This document shows, one piece after another, positions 27,510-38,619 of a DNA stretch of 52,397 bases. The translations under genes were made by a program, and so were the position numbers. Every line of letters starts with the position of its first letter. Within the stretch, counting starts at the first letter, position 1. Location: the IMG/VR virus record IMGVR_UViG_2690316086_000018. One strand, 5' to 3'. The notes under the pieces were generated by a model that was not told the origin of the DNA, searched no databases, and saw nothing but the letters and a program-made list of their open reading frames with translations. This DNA is from a virus (taxonomy: Duplodnaviria > Heunggongvirae > Uroviricota > Caudoviricetes).

Positions 27510-29012
27510 TCACAAAATGAAACGGATCTGTGCTGCCAGGAAGCGGAACTGGTTAACCAGATCCGGCGTGCATAACACGTCAAGACGGTTTCGATCTGAC
27601 GCATTACGCTCCACAAGCAGATTCTTTTTAAAGGTGTCCAGATTTTCGACCAGCCCGAGTTCCACCCACTCTTCACCCAGCGAAATTAACTGAAGCTTCA
27701 TGATCTCCGGCGTCACGATATTCTGACCGGCACGAACGGGCGTCCCGTCATCAGCCAGTTTATGGCGCGGAAAACGTTGTGTGATAAAAGTACGCAGGGA
27801 ATAACGCAGCCAGGAGAGGGTGTAGATGGTTTCCACATCCAGATAGCTGGGATCACTTTCGCCGTACACGTTCTGGCGATACATGGTCACCTGACGTTCG
27901 ATCTGAACCACATCACCGGCAGCCACACTGACCGTGGCAATCCCTCCCCACAGCAGACTGTTACGCTCTTCACGCGTCAGACGATCGGCCGGAGCCGGGG
28001 CCATGCGTGACGGAAGCGCCAGCGTCTGAAGCGGACGCGCAGGATCTGCTCCCAGAGAGGGTGCACAGGTGGCACAGACCGCCGCTGCCCAGAGGTAATC
28101 CGGTTCAGGGGCTTTGGGAATGGATGTGCAGGTCGCCAGAAAATCATTGCGTTTTGCCCCGAATGCCTGCACCTCACCAAACGTGCCGGTATGTGCCAGC
28201 CACAGCACGCCGTCAGACATTTTGGCCGGTCCCCAGCGTTTCAGAAGCTCATCACTGATGATTTTCAGGTTTGCATCATCCTTATAGGGCATGACGACAT
28301 AGTTGTACTGGCGATCGCCCATCCCCGCCACGCTTCGGGTGATATCCGGGTTAGCCGCTTTTTGTTTCGGATAGGCTATAGCGACCTGTATTCCTTCCGG
28401 GGTTGCTTCCCCGTCGTGATAGTTCAGGCGCACATCATGAACGGAGCATTCACCGGTAAAGCGGGCGGTGATCCCCAGAGACCCTTTCAGACCTGCGCCA
28501 TTATCACCACTTCCTGCACCAGAGGAGGCCGTGAAGGGCGCGTCAGGATCGGCATTGATCAGCGCGGCCAGCTCGTCGGTCAGTTCTTTGCCTTTCTTAC
28601 CTTTTGGTGCCGGGAGTGTATAACGCCGCCCCCCCACGCAGGCATAAACAATCCCGTCACGGGTGACCGTTCCGGTCAGATTCATGGCCGCAGCCGTTGC
28701 CTGTCCGGTGCCGTTCCCCTGAGCAATGGCATACAGTTCAGCATCAGGATTGATGGCGATAAATTCCGCCACCATCAGGGCAATCATGGAACCGCGCCCC
28801 CAGAGTTCTGTTGCCTGAGACGCACGGGTGATCCTGACCGGAACATCCAGAACACCGGCACCGTCCACGGCATTCTCTTTCATTCTCGCCTGACCAAACA
28901 GCAGCACACACTGACGCTGTGCCGGAGTGCCGGTGACAGCCATGGAGTTATTAAACTCAACCTCAATCAGCGGTATACGGCGGTCATTACCGATCCCGTC
29001 AAAATTAATCAT
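27510..29012 (-). CDS. contractile tail sheath protein (Mu L-like)
   Basis: 500 aa; position and size. Confidence 0.8.
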   Translation of the reverse strand: MINFDGIGNDRRIPLIEVEFNNSMAVTGTPAQRQCVLLFGQARMKENAVDGAGVLDVPVRITRASQATELWGRGSMIALMVAEFIAINPDAELYAIAQGNGTGQATAAAMNLTGTVTRDGIVYACVGGRRYTLPAPKGKKGKELTDELAALINADPDAPFTASSGAGSGDNGAGLKGSLGITARFTGECSVHDVRLNYHDGEATPEGIQVAIAYPKQKAANPDITRSVAGMGDRQYNYVVMPYKDDANLKIISDELLKRWGPAKMSDGVLWLAHTGTFGEVQAFGAKRNDFLATCTSIPKAPEPDYLWAAAVCATCAPSLGADPARPLQTLALPSRMAPAPADRLTREERNSLLWGGIATVSVAAGDVVQIERQVTMYRQNVYGESDPSYLDVETIYTLSWLRYSLRTFITQRFPRHKLADDGTPVRAGQNIVTPEIMKLQLISLGEEWVELGLVENLDTFKKNLLVERNASDRNRLDVLCTPDLVNQFRFLAAQIRFIL

Positions 29013-29254
29013 TGCGGTTTCTCCTTATCGGATGCCGGTTGGGCGACCGGTTTTTCTGTCGCAGTCGTTGCATCCGCAGATACAGCCGGAGCCTCTTCAG
29101 CGGCTTTTTCAGCCTGAATGACATCGCCGTCATCAAGACGCCGACACCAGAACGGCGTAAAGGGCTTTTCCTCCCCCTCCTGTGCCAGCGGGCGCATTGT
29201 GTCGGGATCACGAATCAGGCGTCCCGGCGCGGGTTTGATAAAGATGGTTTTCAT
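29009..29254 (-). CDS. hypothetical head-tail joining protein
   Basis: 81-aa ORF in conserved position. Confidence 0.4.
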   Translation of the reverse strand: MKTIFIKPAPGRLIRDPDTMRPLAQEGEEKPFTPFWCRRLDDGDVIQAEKAAEEAPAVSADATTATEKPVAQPASDKEKPQ

Positions 29255-29815
29255 TTACAGTTCCTCCGGCGGTTCGACCGCCGTTGTCGTGTTCCCCGGC
29301 AAATCAATATGTGCCTCAAACGGCGGCGTACCGGGCGGCTCCACAAAGGTTTCGTAATGACGCAGGAAGTCGTCCAGCGAGCTGGTATCGGTCAGCGGTG
29401 CGATCATTTCCTCGCAGGAGAAATAAAGCGCATACATCACCGCACCACTGTCCGCCTGGGTTTCGGTGTAACCGTTGACCGCCTTTTCAAAGTAAAGCGG
29501 TGAGGTTTTTTCTGTTCTGAAGCCGTTAAGCACGGCAATCAGCCGGGCCACAATCTGATACAGTCCGGGACGGCTGGCCTCACGCCCGTTGAGCATGTCG
29601 CCGATGACGTAGAACACCCAGTGACTGACCAGGCGACCACGGGTACGGCCTTCACCGGCACCCAGCCAGGCAACGTAGATCGCCGGGGCGTTAATCAACA
29701 TGGTGCGCAGTACGCTGTCGCTCCAGTCGCCGGGATGCGTGTCAACAGACACCAGTTCATTCCCGAAATACTCACGGATACGGGCGATGTATGCCTGTTC
29801 GGTTTCCGTAATCAT
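29255..29815 (-). CDS. Mu gp37-like virion protein
   Basis: 186 aa; position. Confidence 0.5.
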   Translation of the reverse strand: MITETEQAYIARIREYFGNELVSVDTHPGDWSDSVLRTMLINAPAIYVAWLGAGEGRTRGRLVSHWVFYVIGDMLNGREASRPGLYQIVARLIAVLNGFRTEKTSPLYFEKAVNGYTETQADSGAVMYALYFSCEEMIAPLTDTSSLDDFLRHYETFVEPPGTPPFEAHIDLPGNTTTAVEPPEEL

Positions 29816-30231
29816 ATGAAGCCCTTCTGGTTGCGCCCGAATACCGCTGCATCAGACTGAACCTGTGGTAAATCCCCGGATTCAGGGGCCGCACCGTTCG
29901 TATCCACACCGACCGGCACATTGCCGTTCATGACATCTTTCAGCCAGGCCAGCGCTTCACGGTAACGGTCACGCGCCTGATCGGAGGCTCGCTGATCGCA
30001 CAGGTAATAAAAGGCAATCGCGCAACAGTGCTGAACAAGAACGGCCGGAATAACCTCCAGCGGCAACGTGTAACGGGCGGACAGATAGCTGTCGATAAGG
30101 GCTGACGCATCTGTCAGCGCCCGGTTCAGCTTGCGCGTGTCCGGCTCATCCGAACGGGGCACAGCCAGTAACGGCCTGAGCAAATCCTCGCGGTAACGCG
30201 CCCGCATATCGGTTTCAGTGGCGTAATTCAT
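29812..30231 (-). CDS. Mu gp36-like virion protein
   Basis: 139 aa; position. Confidence 0.5.
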   Translation of the reverse strand: MNYATETDMRARYREDLLRPLLAVPRSDEPDTRKLNRALTDASALIDSYLSARYTLPLEVIPAVLVQHCCAIAFYYLCDQRASDQARDRYREALAWLKDVMNGNVPVGVDTNGAAPESGDLPQVQSDAAVFGRNQKGFI

Positions 30232-30581
30232 GCGCGGGCCTTTTTCGCCTGTTTCGCTTTGTTACCGGTCTTTTTCCGGGGAGTATCCTGTCCGGCTTCG
30301 GCTAAATCTGTACCGGCCACTGCATGAACCACACCCGCCACGCTCCCCGCATCATCAGCAGGCGTCTGTAGTATTCGCACAGTGAGGCATGGCTCCGCCT
30401 CCAGTCGGGCAAGCTGCTCCGGGGAGACCTCAACCTGCTGACGTCCACGCGTGAACAGGAACCCCGCACGACGAAACGCCGAACGACTGCAACGCACTTC
30501 TGCCAGCACTGTGACAGAATTGTCACCACTGACCTGAAGACCTGAATCATCTGTTGCTGCCACAGTGTGATGTTCATTCAT
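30228..30581 (-). CDS. hypothetical head protein
   Basis: 117 aa downstream of major head gene. Confidence 0.4.
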   Translation of the reverse strand: MNEHHTVAATDDSGLQVSGDNSVTVLAEVRCSRSAFRRAGFLFTRGRQQVEVSPEQLARLEAEPCLTVRILQTPADDAGSVAGVVHAVAGTDLAEAGQDTPRKKTGNKAKQAKKARA

Positions 30582-30624
30582 ATTTGCCCTCCGCAGGGGC
30601 CGGGCCGTAAGCCCGGCTCACCGT

Positions 30625-31572
30625 TTACAGATAATCCGCGACAACCAGCTCCAGCTTGCCCTTCATCTCGTTAGAGACGGTTGCGTTTCCGTCTGCGAAC
30701 AGTTCACGCTCCAGCAGCTGCACCGCCTGTTTTTCCAGCGAGGTGGGGACAACAATATGGGTGGGTTTGATGCCGAGTTTGCGGCCACCGTCAGCGGTAA
30801 ATTCGCGCATGGCTGACCAGCCGTGCCACAGTGCATCCAGCGTCAGCGGTGACTGCATCATGTAGGCCATCTGCCAGAAGCCGTAGCCCACATTGCGACG
30901 GGCGGATGCACCAAACACAAATTCGTTATCGGTGAATGCGCGACCTTCATCGACTTTGGTCTGGGCAACCAGTTCAGCCTTACGGCGATCCTGATAAATC
31001 AGCGGTTTGATTGCGCGTGAACAGTCGAGCAGATACCAGGCAGGACCGCTGTAATCCGCTTGTGCACCGACAGAGCCGGTTTTTGCCACAAACATATTGC
31101 TGACCATCTGCGCATCCCCGGAGCCATCCACTTTGGGGTAAACAGGATGTTCGGTATCAAAGAAGTTCTGGCCGTCATAGCAGGCCGCATTAATCCCGTC
31201 ACGAAGAGCAGCAAAGACCAGTTCATCCGGTTGTGCCGCAGCAGCGCGCCCCATCTCCTGGAACAACGGGGAATAAATACCGAGGTTATCGTCTTCGAAG
31301 TCATCGCGGTTAATGGCGACGGTGCCTTCAAAGGTTTTGTTCACGATGGCATAGCCATAGGCCTTCATCTTCTCGATGACGCGGGAGCCGATCCACTCAC
31401 GGAACTGCGGGAACTGCCCCAGCCAGCCGTAGGTGTTGGATTTCGACGTGGACGGTACGGTCATCGCAATTTTTTTGTACTGCGACGGGGCCATGGACAT
31501 CCCGGCCTGAAAATCAGAACGGTAGCCCGTCATCAGGGCGGTGATCATCGCCGGTGTAATCGGGGTAGGCAT
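30625..31572 (-). CDS. major head subunit (Mu T-like)
   Basis: 315 aa immediately after protease/scaffold gene. Confidence 0.8.
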   Translation of the reverse strand: MPTPITPAMITALMTGYRSDFQAGMSMAPSQYKKIAMTVPSTSKSNTYGWLGQFPQFREWIGSRVIEKMKAYGYAIVNKTFEGTVAINRDDFEDDNLGIYSPLFQEMGRAAAAQPDELVFAALRDGINAACYDGQNFFDTEHPVYPKVDGSGDAQMVSNMFVAKTGSVGAQADYSGPAWYLLDCSRAIKPLIYQDRRKAELVAQTKVDEGRAFTDNEFVFGASARRNVGYGFWQMAYMMQSPLTLDALWHGWSAMREFTADGGRKLGIKPTHIVVPTSLEKQAVQLLERELFADGNATVSNEMKGKLELVVADYL

Positions 31573-32696
31573 TATTGCATTTCCTCTTTCATTTTCAGGA
31601 ACTCGGCTTCGGTTTTACCCAGCAGTTTGGCGGCCGCGATATCTTCAGCCGACAGCGCAGCGGTGGCAGTCTTTTTATCCGGCACGGTCACGGTGTCGGT
31701 CTGAAGAGAGGTCAGGGCCGCAACCGGCTGGCGGGCGTCAAGCTGTGCAGAAAGTGCCGCAACGCCAATCTGCCCGCCCAGTTGTTCCAGATAGCCGCGT
31801 TCGCTTTTGAAGATGCGCCCTTCGGATTCAGCCTTGTCCAGCACCTGCTCCAGCGTGGTGCTGCCGTGCTGCGCCGACAGCGCAACGTATTCGGTACGCA
31901 GGGCGTTATACGTTTCAACGGGCACGTATTTCGTCAGATCAATACTGCCGCCAGCCGGTGTGCCTTTTGCGGTTTCCAGCTCTGCCGACAGACTGGCGAC
32001 CTGTGTTTTCAGGTTGTCGTGTGCATCCGCACGGGTTTTGATCCCGGTGAGGGCAGACAGCGCCGCCGTGCCCAGCTCCGGCGTAAATTCGTCACCGTCA
32101 GCCACGGTCAGACCGAGCGCCGTCAGCAACTGGCGTAATTGCTCATTCATGGAGGTATCCTTTAAAGGAGGGTTTAAGGCGTTATAAAGGTCATCCGCCG
32201 ACAGTGCGGCGACAGGATTCATGCCGGTCAGACCGGGGTCACCGGTAATAGCCAGCATCCGAAGTTCGACAGGTTCGCCGGTGCTCTCGTCATAGCCAAT
32301 CACCGGTGAAAACCAGGGGAATTCGTTATTACGCAGATGTTCAAGGGCCGGAGGGTTCCACTTCGGGCGCACCTCGAAACCTCGCTCTTCACTGAAGCGA
32401 AAATTCTCCGGTGAGGCCATCACAAAACCGGCAGCCGGTGCCGGATGTCCCTCAATCAGGGTCTGGTGGTTGTAGTCAATTTTCACCGGCTGATTGAGCG
32501 CCACAACACGGGAGACCATGCGCTCAACGGCTGCATGGTTGATCAGCCAGCCCTCGGCCGGTTTTTCCGGGCGACCGTCACGGGCCTTTACCCGACCGGC
32601 TGGCATGATCTGACACCAGTCACCGTCCCCGTCTGCGGACAGGCTGATGGCATTCAGAATGGCATAAGCAAGTTTGGGCGTGTTTTTCGTCTTCAT
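31572..32696 (-). CDS. head maturation protease/scaffold (Mu I-like)
   Basis: 374 aa; Ala-rich coiled-coil C-terminal half. Confidence 0.75.
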   Translation of the reverse strand: MKTKNTPKLAYAILNAISLSADGDGDWCQIMPAGRVKARDGRPEKPAEGWLINHAAVERMVSRVVALNQPVKIDYNHQTLIEGHPAPAAGFVMASPENFRFSEERGFEVRPKWNPPALEHLRNNEFPWFSPVIGYDESTGEPVELRMLAITGDPGLTGMNPVAALSADDLYNALNPPLKDTSMNEQLRQLLTALGLTVADGDEFTPELGTAALSALTGIKTRADAHDNLKTQVASLSAELETAKGTPAGGSIDLTKYVPVETYNALRTEYVALSAQHGSTTLEQVLDKAESEGRIFKSERGYLEQLGGQIGVAALSAQLDARQPVAALTSLQTDTVTVPDKKTATAALSAEDIAAAKLLGKTEAEFLKMKEEMQ

Positions 32697-32872
32697 TCCG
32701 GCAGCATAGGCCGGGAATTTTCAGGGCGGGTTTTGCGGGATTTCAGGAAGTGCTTCCAGGGGAAAAATACAAAGGCGCTTCACGCAGATTTTAAAGCCCG
32801 TTAAATACAGGTTAGAAAATCACGACACGCGCCTGAAGGGGGTAAGGTAATGCATTTGCATACCTTAAACAA

Positions 32873-33346
32873 TTAAGGCGTTTCTGTGGCCTTTTTAAAG
32901 CGTTTTCTGATTTCGTCCATGATCTCCTGCTCTGCCACCTGATCAAAGCCCATATACGGACGTGCACCAATGGCCGCCGGTCCCGGCGGCATACCTGGCA
33001 GGCCACCCCACTGATGAATGGCCGCATAAGGCTCATTTGATCCAATCAGCGCCCAGGTGTCGCCATAATCCGTGGTCAGGCGTCGGGCCAGATCGCCGTT
33101 CAGCGTCAGGATTTTGCCGGGCATGTATCCCTTACGGGTACGCCACTTGCGGTAAGGATCTGACCAGTCATGCCAGCGTTCGCCGTCCGGCTCTTTTTCC
33201 TGTTCAAACGCCATTTCTGACGATGACAGAAGGCTGGACGCCACACTGCGGGCCAGGTCTTTTCCGCCACCCACAAACTGAAGCCGGGCAAAGACCCGCT
33301 GGAGACGCGTAACGTCAACAACGACGGCGGCATCAATGGATGACAT
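32873..33346 (-). CDS. virion morphogenesis protein (Mu G-like)
   Basis: 157 aa between F-like and I-like genes. Confidence 0.65.
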   Translation of the reverse strand: MSSIDAAVVVDVTRLQRVFARLQFVGGGKDLARSVASSLLSSSEMAFEQEKEPDGERWHDWSDPYRKWRTRKGYMPGKILTLNGDLARRLTTDYGDTWALIGSNEPYAAIHQWGGLPGMPPGPAAIGARPYMGFDQVAEQEIMDEIRKRFKKATETP

Positions 33347-33467
33347 ATTGCCTCCGTATAAAATATGAATATAAAATAAGCAGGCGGTCAGTGTACGCTT
33401 AACTGGTAAAGTCGGTGCCTGCCTCCGGGTGGATCATGTATGCGGGTTCGACCCCCGCCACTGACCG

Positions 33468-34799
33468 TTAATCAATATCTCCTTCCAGTACCTCAAGCAT
33501 TCCGCCCCGGATATCCGATTTCAGCTTATCCATATTGATAACCCGGTAAGCATTCACAATCACATCCAGTTTATCCGGCTGACGCTTCAGGCTGTACGGC
33601 GCATTAACGGCAATCTGCACACTGCCATCCTTACTTTCCACGATATACATCAGATTGTTGTGGCGTTTATCCCACAGTACCGCTTTTGGCTTTGCCAGCA
33701 TTGCCGGTAATCGCCCGAAATCCTCCGGCGTCAGGGCAATGCCGTCATTCTGATGTTTCATGCTGTCCGCATGGAGCACATTTTTACCGCTCATCGCCAG
33801 CAGGCGGGCCGGTGGCGTTCCCGTCCGGCTTTCCACCGCCTGCGCAATACTTTCGGTCATAAAGCCCAGCGTGCGGATATCGTTACCGCCTCGCCGGGTT
33901 TTCATGATGTTTTTTGCCCAGATGCGGAACGCCAGCTGCCGCTCCGGGCTGTTGTTCATCTCCTGAACCACCATTTCCCGTAACGCCGGGCTTTTCACCT
34001 CGATCAACTTGCGGAGCAGCGCCTGGTCTGTGCCGAACGCCGCCGAACCGGGGTTATATGACCAGCCCACATCCGGTGTCATGGTTCTGGTGCCATCTGA
34101 ATATGTGGTCACCGGCATTTCTCTGACTTCTCCGGTCTGCTTATCCACGCCAGCCTCAACATTGCGGGTGGAAAGATGATCCTGACCGGATGAAACGGAT
34201 AACCCCATTGCATCCAGACGGGCCTGAGACAATGGCCGGACACGGCAGCGGCAGTTCCAGCCATTGGGTGGGTAGTGTGTATTCCAGAACGGATCGTCAT
34301 AGCGGAATACCAGCCCGTTAAGGGCGGAATGCGCCGGGCGGGTGCGGCTGTCCATCACCGCCACATACTGCCAGAACGGATGCGTGTCCGTGTTGTTCAT
34401 CATCTGCGTGTAACGCCCGGCATTGTAAGCCACGCGGGTGTTCACGTTGTAAATCAGCGCCAGACGGCGGGGACTGCCCAGCTGCACTTCTTCTGCGTTA
34501 CCGGCGCTGTCCACCACAATCTGCTTTCCCCACCATCCCAGCTTTTGCAGGCGGGGTGTCAGTGTGCGGATAAATGCTTTCTGTGAAATCCCCTCATCAA
34601 CAGCACGCTGCACTTCCGCCTGTAGTGTGGTCAGTACGTCCAGGCGTGCCACTTTTGCCGCCGTGAATGAACGGGCATGAACATCTGCGTTTGTTTCGAA
34701 CCAGTTCCAGCTGATATGCGCCCCTTTGGCGCGGAAGTATGCCACCGCCTCTTTTGAGGGAAGGGTGGCGGCATAACCTAAATCAATCCCCTGTGCCAT
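33468..34799 (-). CDS. head morphogenesis protein (Mu F-like)
   Basis: 443 aa following portal. Confidence 0.7.
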   Translation of the reverse strand: MAQGIDLGYAATLPSKEAVAYFRAKGAHISWNWFETNADVHARSFTAAKVARLDVLTTLQAEVQRAVDEGISQKAFIRTLTPRLQKLGWWGKQIVVDSAGNAEEVQLGSPRRLALIYNVNTRVAYNAGRYTQMMNNTDTHPFWQYVAVMDSRTRPAHSALNGLVFRYDDPFWNTHYPPNGWNCRCRVRPLSQARLDAMGLSVSSGQDHLSTRNVEAGVDKQTGEVREMPVTTYSDGTRTMTPDVGWSYNPGSAAFGTDQALLRKLIEVKSPALREMVVQEMNNSPERQLAFRIWAKNIMKTRRGGNDIRTLGFMTESIAQAVESRTGTPPARLLAMSGKNVLHADSMKHQNDGIALTPEDFGRLPAMLAKPKAVLWDKRHNNLMYIVESKDGSVQIAVNAPYSLKRQPDKLDVIVNAYRVINMDKLKSDIRGGMLEVLEGDID

Positions 34800-36381
34800 C
34801 CAGCATCCCCTTCATTTCCGCAGCAAACATGGCATCACTGAGCAGCGTCATCAGGCGGGAATCATCCATTTCACGGTAAAGGGCAGGCAGGTCTGCCAGT
34901 GCCTCCGCCAGCCCCCGCGTTCTGATGGCTTCAATGACCGGCTCCAGTACCGGGTCGATGGCCTCCTGTAACCGGCGGGCAGGCACCGCATCCCCCATGT
35001 CGTCCAGTTCATCTCGGGGGCTGCTCTTCGCTTCCGGCAGTCTGGCAGCCAGCGCTGTCTGCTCTGTCTTTTCCTGTTTTTCCGGTGGCATCTCTTTGTC
35101 TGTCTGAGCAGGTTCATTGCCACTCTGACGGACACGGAAGATGGCTTCACCGGGGGCAGGCTGTGGAATACCGGTCTGCTCCCGTACCCAGGGATCAGGA
35201 ATATCCATCCCCGTACTGAGCTGCATCACCGCACTGGTGATTTTGGTGATATCCCCCGGCTCTTTTGTCTGGAAACAGATACGCGGCAGGCGACGGATAT
35301 CAATGGCGTGGGCGGTGTTCAGGGCATACAGCGGATACACCAGATCGCGGTTCAGCGTGGCGGCCAGCTGACGTAAATCAGAATCCCTGATTTCCCGGCG
35401 CACCTCGTTATGCACTTCACCCAGCGAACGTGCGCCCTTGTCTCCGGCTTCCGTGGTCAGCGTGCCGCCGAGGATAGCTTTGGAGATGGAACGCTCCCCC
35501 CACGAAATCATGGTTTCAAACGGATCGGCCTGACCGTTCGCTGCCGCCTGAAACTCCAGCGACATCCCGGCCGGGATGATCCCGCCTGTACGTCGCCCGA
35601 TATCCATCACCGCCCGCATCAGGGCGCTTTTCTGCTCCGGCGTTGCCCCGGACGGGTATTTACCGACCTTCATCGGCAGGCCGTACACCTCCAGAAATTC
35701 AGCCAGATCGCGCACGGAATAGTTTTTGAAAATGAACGGCCAGATAAGCGTCCTGACAAGCCCCGTTGCGCCGCCGTAACCGGTGCGTGAACGTGACTGA
35801 TGCACTATCCAGCCAAAGGGCTGAAACGCCACCCCGGCATGGCTGCCGTCACGCAGCCGCAGTTCGCTCAAATCATCCGGGTTAAGGCAGAAATGCCCGC
35901 TGTCACGCCAGCGGATGGCGCGGATGATGTGCATTTTACCGAGCATCCCGTGCTCAATCTCCATGCAGGAATAGCCTTTCAGGATGGCATCGGTGGCATC
36001 AAACAGCATGGCATCAAACCAGTCGGCGGAATGCAGATATTCGTCGAGCATTTCCGCGTCCTTTTTCTCATTCGCGCTGGCGTTCGGTGGCGGCTCAATA
36101 CTCCAGGGCACCCCCTGAATGGCAAGGCGTCGCTTGCCCAGCTCTGCAAAAAGGTGGGTATCCTTTTCTTCAATGTCAGCGGCCAGATCGGACTGGGCAA
36201 TCAGATCGCCACGTTCAGCCCCGCGAAGGCACTGTGCCGCCCGGTTCGGGGTGATACCCGAGGCCGGATGTTCAATATAACGGCTGGCAATCTGCGGAAT
36301 ATCCAGCGCGGCGCTCTGCATCTCCGGGTCAAAGGAGAAAGGTTTTCCGTCAAGATCAATTATACGTCCCACTACCAGCAC
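34783..36381 (-). CDS. portal protein (Mu gp29-like)
   Basis: 532 aa directly after large terminase. Confidence 0.8.
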   Translation of the reverse strand: MLVVGRIIDLDGKPFSFDPEMQSAALDIPQIASRYIEHPASGITPNRAAQCLRGAERGDLIAQSDLAADIEEKDTHLFAELGKRRLAIQGVPWSIEPPPNASANEKKDAEMLDEYLHSADWFDAMLFDATDAILKGYSCMEIEHGMLGKMHIIRAIRWRDSGHFCLNPDDLSELRLRDGSHAGVAFQPFGWIVHQSRSRTGYGGATGLVRTLIWPFIFKNYSVRDLAEFLEVYGLPMKVGKYPSGATPEQKSALMRAVMDIGRRTGGIIPAGMSLEFQAAANGQADPFETMISWGERSISKAILGGTLTTEAGDKGARSLGEVHNEVRREIRDSDLRQLAATLNRDLVYPLYALNTAHAIDIRRLPRICFQTKEPGDITKITSAVMQLSTGMDIPDPWVREQTGIPQPAPGEAIFRVRQSGNEPAQTDKEMPPEKQEKTEQTALAARLPEAKSSPRDELDDMGDAVPARRLQEAIDPVLEPVIEAIRTRGLAEALADLPALYREMDDSRLMTLLSDAMFAAEMKGMLDGTGD

Positions 36382-38036
36382 CCCCGATCAAATTCATGAT
36401 ATGCCTCATCGTCATCACGATAACCGCCCTCCATGGCCCGCGACCGCTCCGGCAGCGCCTGGCAGGCTGATTCATCCAGGATAAAGCCCTCCATGTATGA
36501 CGCCCGGTTTGCCATACAGAGCGCCACGGCAAAATCACCATGGCGGCGGGCGTTCACAGCCGTTGCGTTCTGGTCCTTCGTACGCCCCTTGTCGATTTGC
36601 GGGATACCGTTCACCACCTTCACATGGCGCAAATCATCAAGCGTGGTCTGATGGCGGGCGACGAGGATATTCTGATCCTCAAACTCGGCCTTCAGTTTTG
36701 GCATCCACTCGCCGTACCACTTCGGCGATAACATCACGCAGTCGATGATGTCCGGGCCAAAGGCCAGCAGCGCGGCTTCGGCCAGATAGCCGCCGTTACC
36801 GGTGGCGTCGAACGCCGCACCGACCAGCGCCGGAACGCGGGTCAGGATGTACATCATCACCTGCTCCTGCTGGGCATACGGCAGGTTGCGCAGCTCCACG
36901 CGAAACACCTCGCGTTTTGCCAGGGATTCAGTGATTTCCAGCAGCACAAAACAGGACAGGTCTCCGGTGCGGGCAAAGTCTTCCCCGAAGCTGAATCGGG
37001 AACGGGGATTTAACGCCTCTAAAAGCGGTTTTAAATGTTCTTCACACCAGGTTAAAACCTCCGATTCACGCAGCCATGCGGCACGGCTGATGAAGTCGTC
37101 CGGGGCTTCAAACGTCAGAATCGGGATGTCGCGGATCATCGCCATTTCAATAAGCGCGTGAGGAATATAGGCACCGCCGGATTTTTTCGGGATACAGCCG
37201 TATTCCTCGTCGGCATCCTCACGGGTCGGGGCGTTTTTGTAGAGATCATCACGCCACTTCTGCTCGCTTTCCGGTGACCATTCGCGGCCGGTGACATAAC
37301 AGATACGACGGTACAGCCCGTCCGCAATGGCATCATCCAGGGTAATGCGGTGGACGCTGTAATCCTTGCGCCCTTCGCGGGCTTCCTGAATGTACTGATT
37401 AAACAGATTATCGACGCCGTTATGCGTGGAGATAATACGCACGCGCGCGCCCCACATGGTAAGCGCCATTGCCGCCTTGAGAAGCTCATCCAGTGACTCG
37501 TGGAACGCGGCTTCATCAATCACCACATCCCCCTGAAGGCCGCGCAGGTTTGACGGACGGGAAGACAGTGCCTGAATTTTGAATCCACTGTTCGGAAAGC
37601 GGATCATGTAGGTCAGAATTTCTTCTTTTTTATCCCGATCCCAGAAGGTCTGCTCATACACATCAGCATCTGCCAGCTGGTTAAAGGCACGGGAGAACAG
37701 TGCACAGGCAGAAATATATTCCAGCGCCATCTCCTGCTTTGACCCCACATAAAACACATTGCGGCCACCGCGCCGCTTCGGTTTTGCAGCGGTAATGACG
37801 TTACGCCCGGCTTCCGCCCAGGTAAGCCCGGTGCGGCGGGATTTTTCCGCGATGCAGACCTCGCTTTCATCCTCAAACCAGCGGGCCTGATAATCCAGAA
37901 ATACCGGCATATCACCGGGCAAATCAAGGCTGTCCGGCACATCCACGCCCAGCAGGGCTTTTTCACCGGCCAGATCAATTTTGCGGGTGGAGACGGTATT
38001 CGTCAGTAAGGGGGAGAGTTCTTCGGCGTTATTCAT
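36372..38036 (-). CDS. terminase large subunit (Mu gp28-like)
   Basis: 554 aa; size and position. Confidence 0.85.
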   Translation of the reverse strand: MNNAEELSPLLTNTVSTRKIDLAGEKALLGVDVPDSLDLPGDMPVFLDYQARWFEDESEVCIAEKSRRTGLTWAEAGRNVITAAKPKRRGGRNVFYVGSKQEMALEYISACALFSRAFNQLADADVYEQTFWDRDKKEEILTYMIRFPNSGFKIQALSSRPSNLRGLQGDVVIDEAAFHESLDELLKAAMALTMWGARVRIISTHNGVDNLFNQYIQEAREGRKDYSVHRITLDDAIADGLYRRICYVTGREWSPESEQKWRDDLYKNAPTREDADEEYGCIPKKSGGAYIPHALIEMAMIRDIPILTFEAPDDFISRAAWLRESEVLTWCEEHLKPLLEALNPRSRFSFGEDFARTGDLSCFVLLEITESLAKREVFRVELRNLPYAQQEQVMMYILTRVPALVGAAFDATGNGGYLAEAALLAFGPDIIDCVMLSPKWYGEWMPKLKAEFEDQNILVARHQTTLDDLRHVKVVNGIPQIDKGRTKDQNATAVNARRHGDFAVALCMANRASYMEGFILDESACQALPERSRAMEGGYRDDDEAYHEFDRGCW

Positions 38037-38617
38037 CAGACTTTACCCAACAGAATCCCCTTAATACGGGACTCAAGCTGTTCACTCATCCCGTCCACGC
38101 CGCGCAGCTCGTCGGTGACGGCGTTTGCCATCTCTTCAGCAAATGCAGCCCTGATTTCTTTTTCACGCTTAATGCTGCGCTCGGCGGCACTTTCCGCACG
38201 CTGTGCTGACAGGAGGATGTCCTTAATAAGACGCATATCCACGTCGCTGTCACTGTTCAGGGATTCGGTCGCGGCACGCAGACGGCGGTACATCAGGGCG
38301 CGGGACATCTCCAGGATCAATGCAGTGGTTTCACCGGTTGGCTTGTCCCCCAGTTCGGCCATCATGGCTTTTGTCTGCTCGCGTAAATCACGCAGGTTAC
38401 GGGCAATCAGCTCATTACGGGAGGCTTCCCGGCTGATGGCCGCCGGTGAAAGCTGCTGCTCTTCCGGCAGGCCCGCCTCACGGATCAGACGGTTGATTTC
38501 CTCGCGTATCTGGACCTGCGTCAGACGTTTTTCACGCAGCATTTCCAGCAGTGGCTTACGGATGCTGTCGGGGAGCAAATCCACCTTGCGCACGCGTCCA
38601 CGCGTCGGCTTGTCCAT
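38036..38617 (-). CDS. terminase small subunit-like protein (Mu gp27-like)
   Basis: 193 aa immediately upstream of large terminase. Confidence 0.55.
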   Translation of the reverse strand: MDKPTRGRVRKVDLLPDSIRKPLLEMLREKRLTQVQIREEINRLIREAGLPEEQQLSPAAISREASRNELIARNLRDLREQTKAMMAELGDKPTGETTALILEMSRALMYRRLRAATESLNSDSDVDMRLIKDILLSAQRAESAAERSIKREKEIRAAFAEEMANAVTDELRGVDGMSEQLESRIKGILLGKV

Positions 38618-38619
38618 CG

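Noticed and set aside
28191-29117. 308-aa plus-strand ORF and many other long plus-strand ORFs across 19000-39000 (e.g. 21885-22688, 31060-31704, 38115-38708)
   Set aside because: They are antisense to strongly supported minus-strand structural genes in GC-rich DNA, where long spurious ORFs are expected; unusual Cys/Arg/His-rich compositions and no RBS context.
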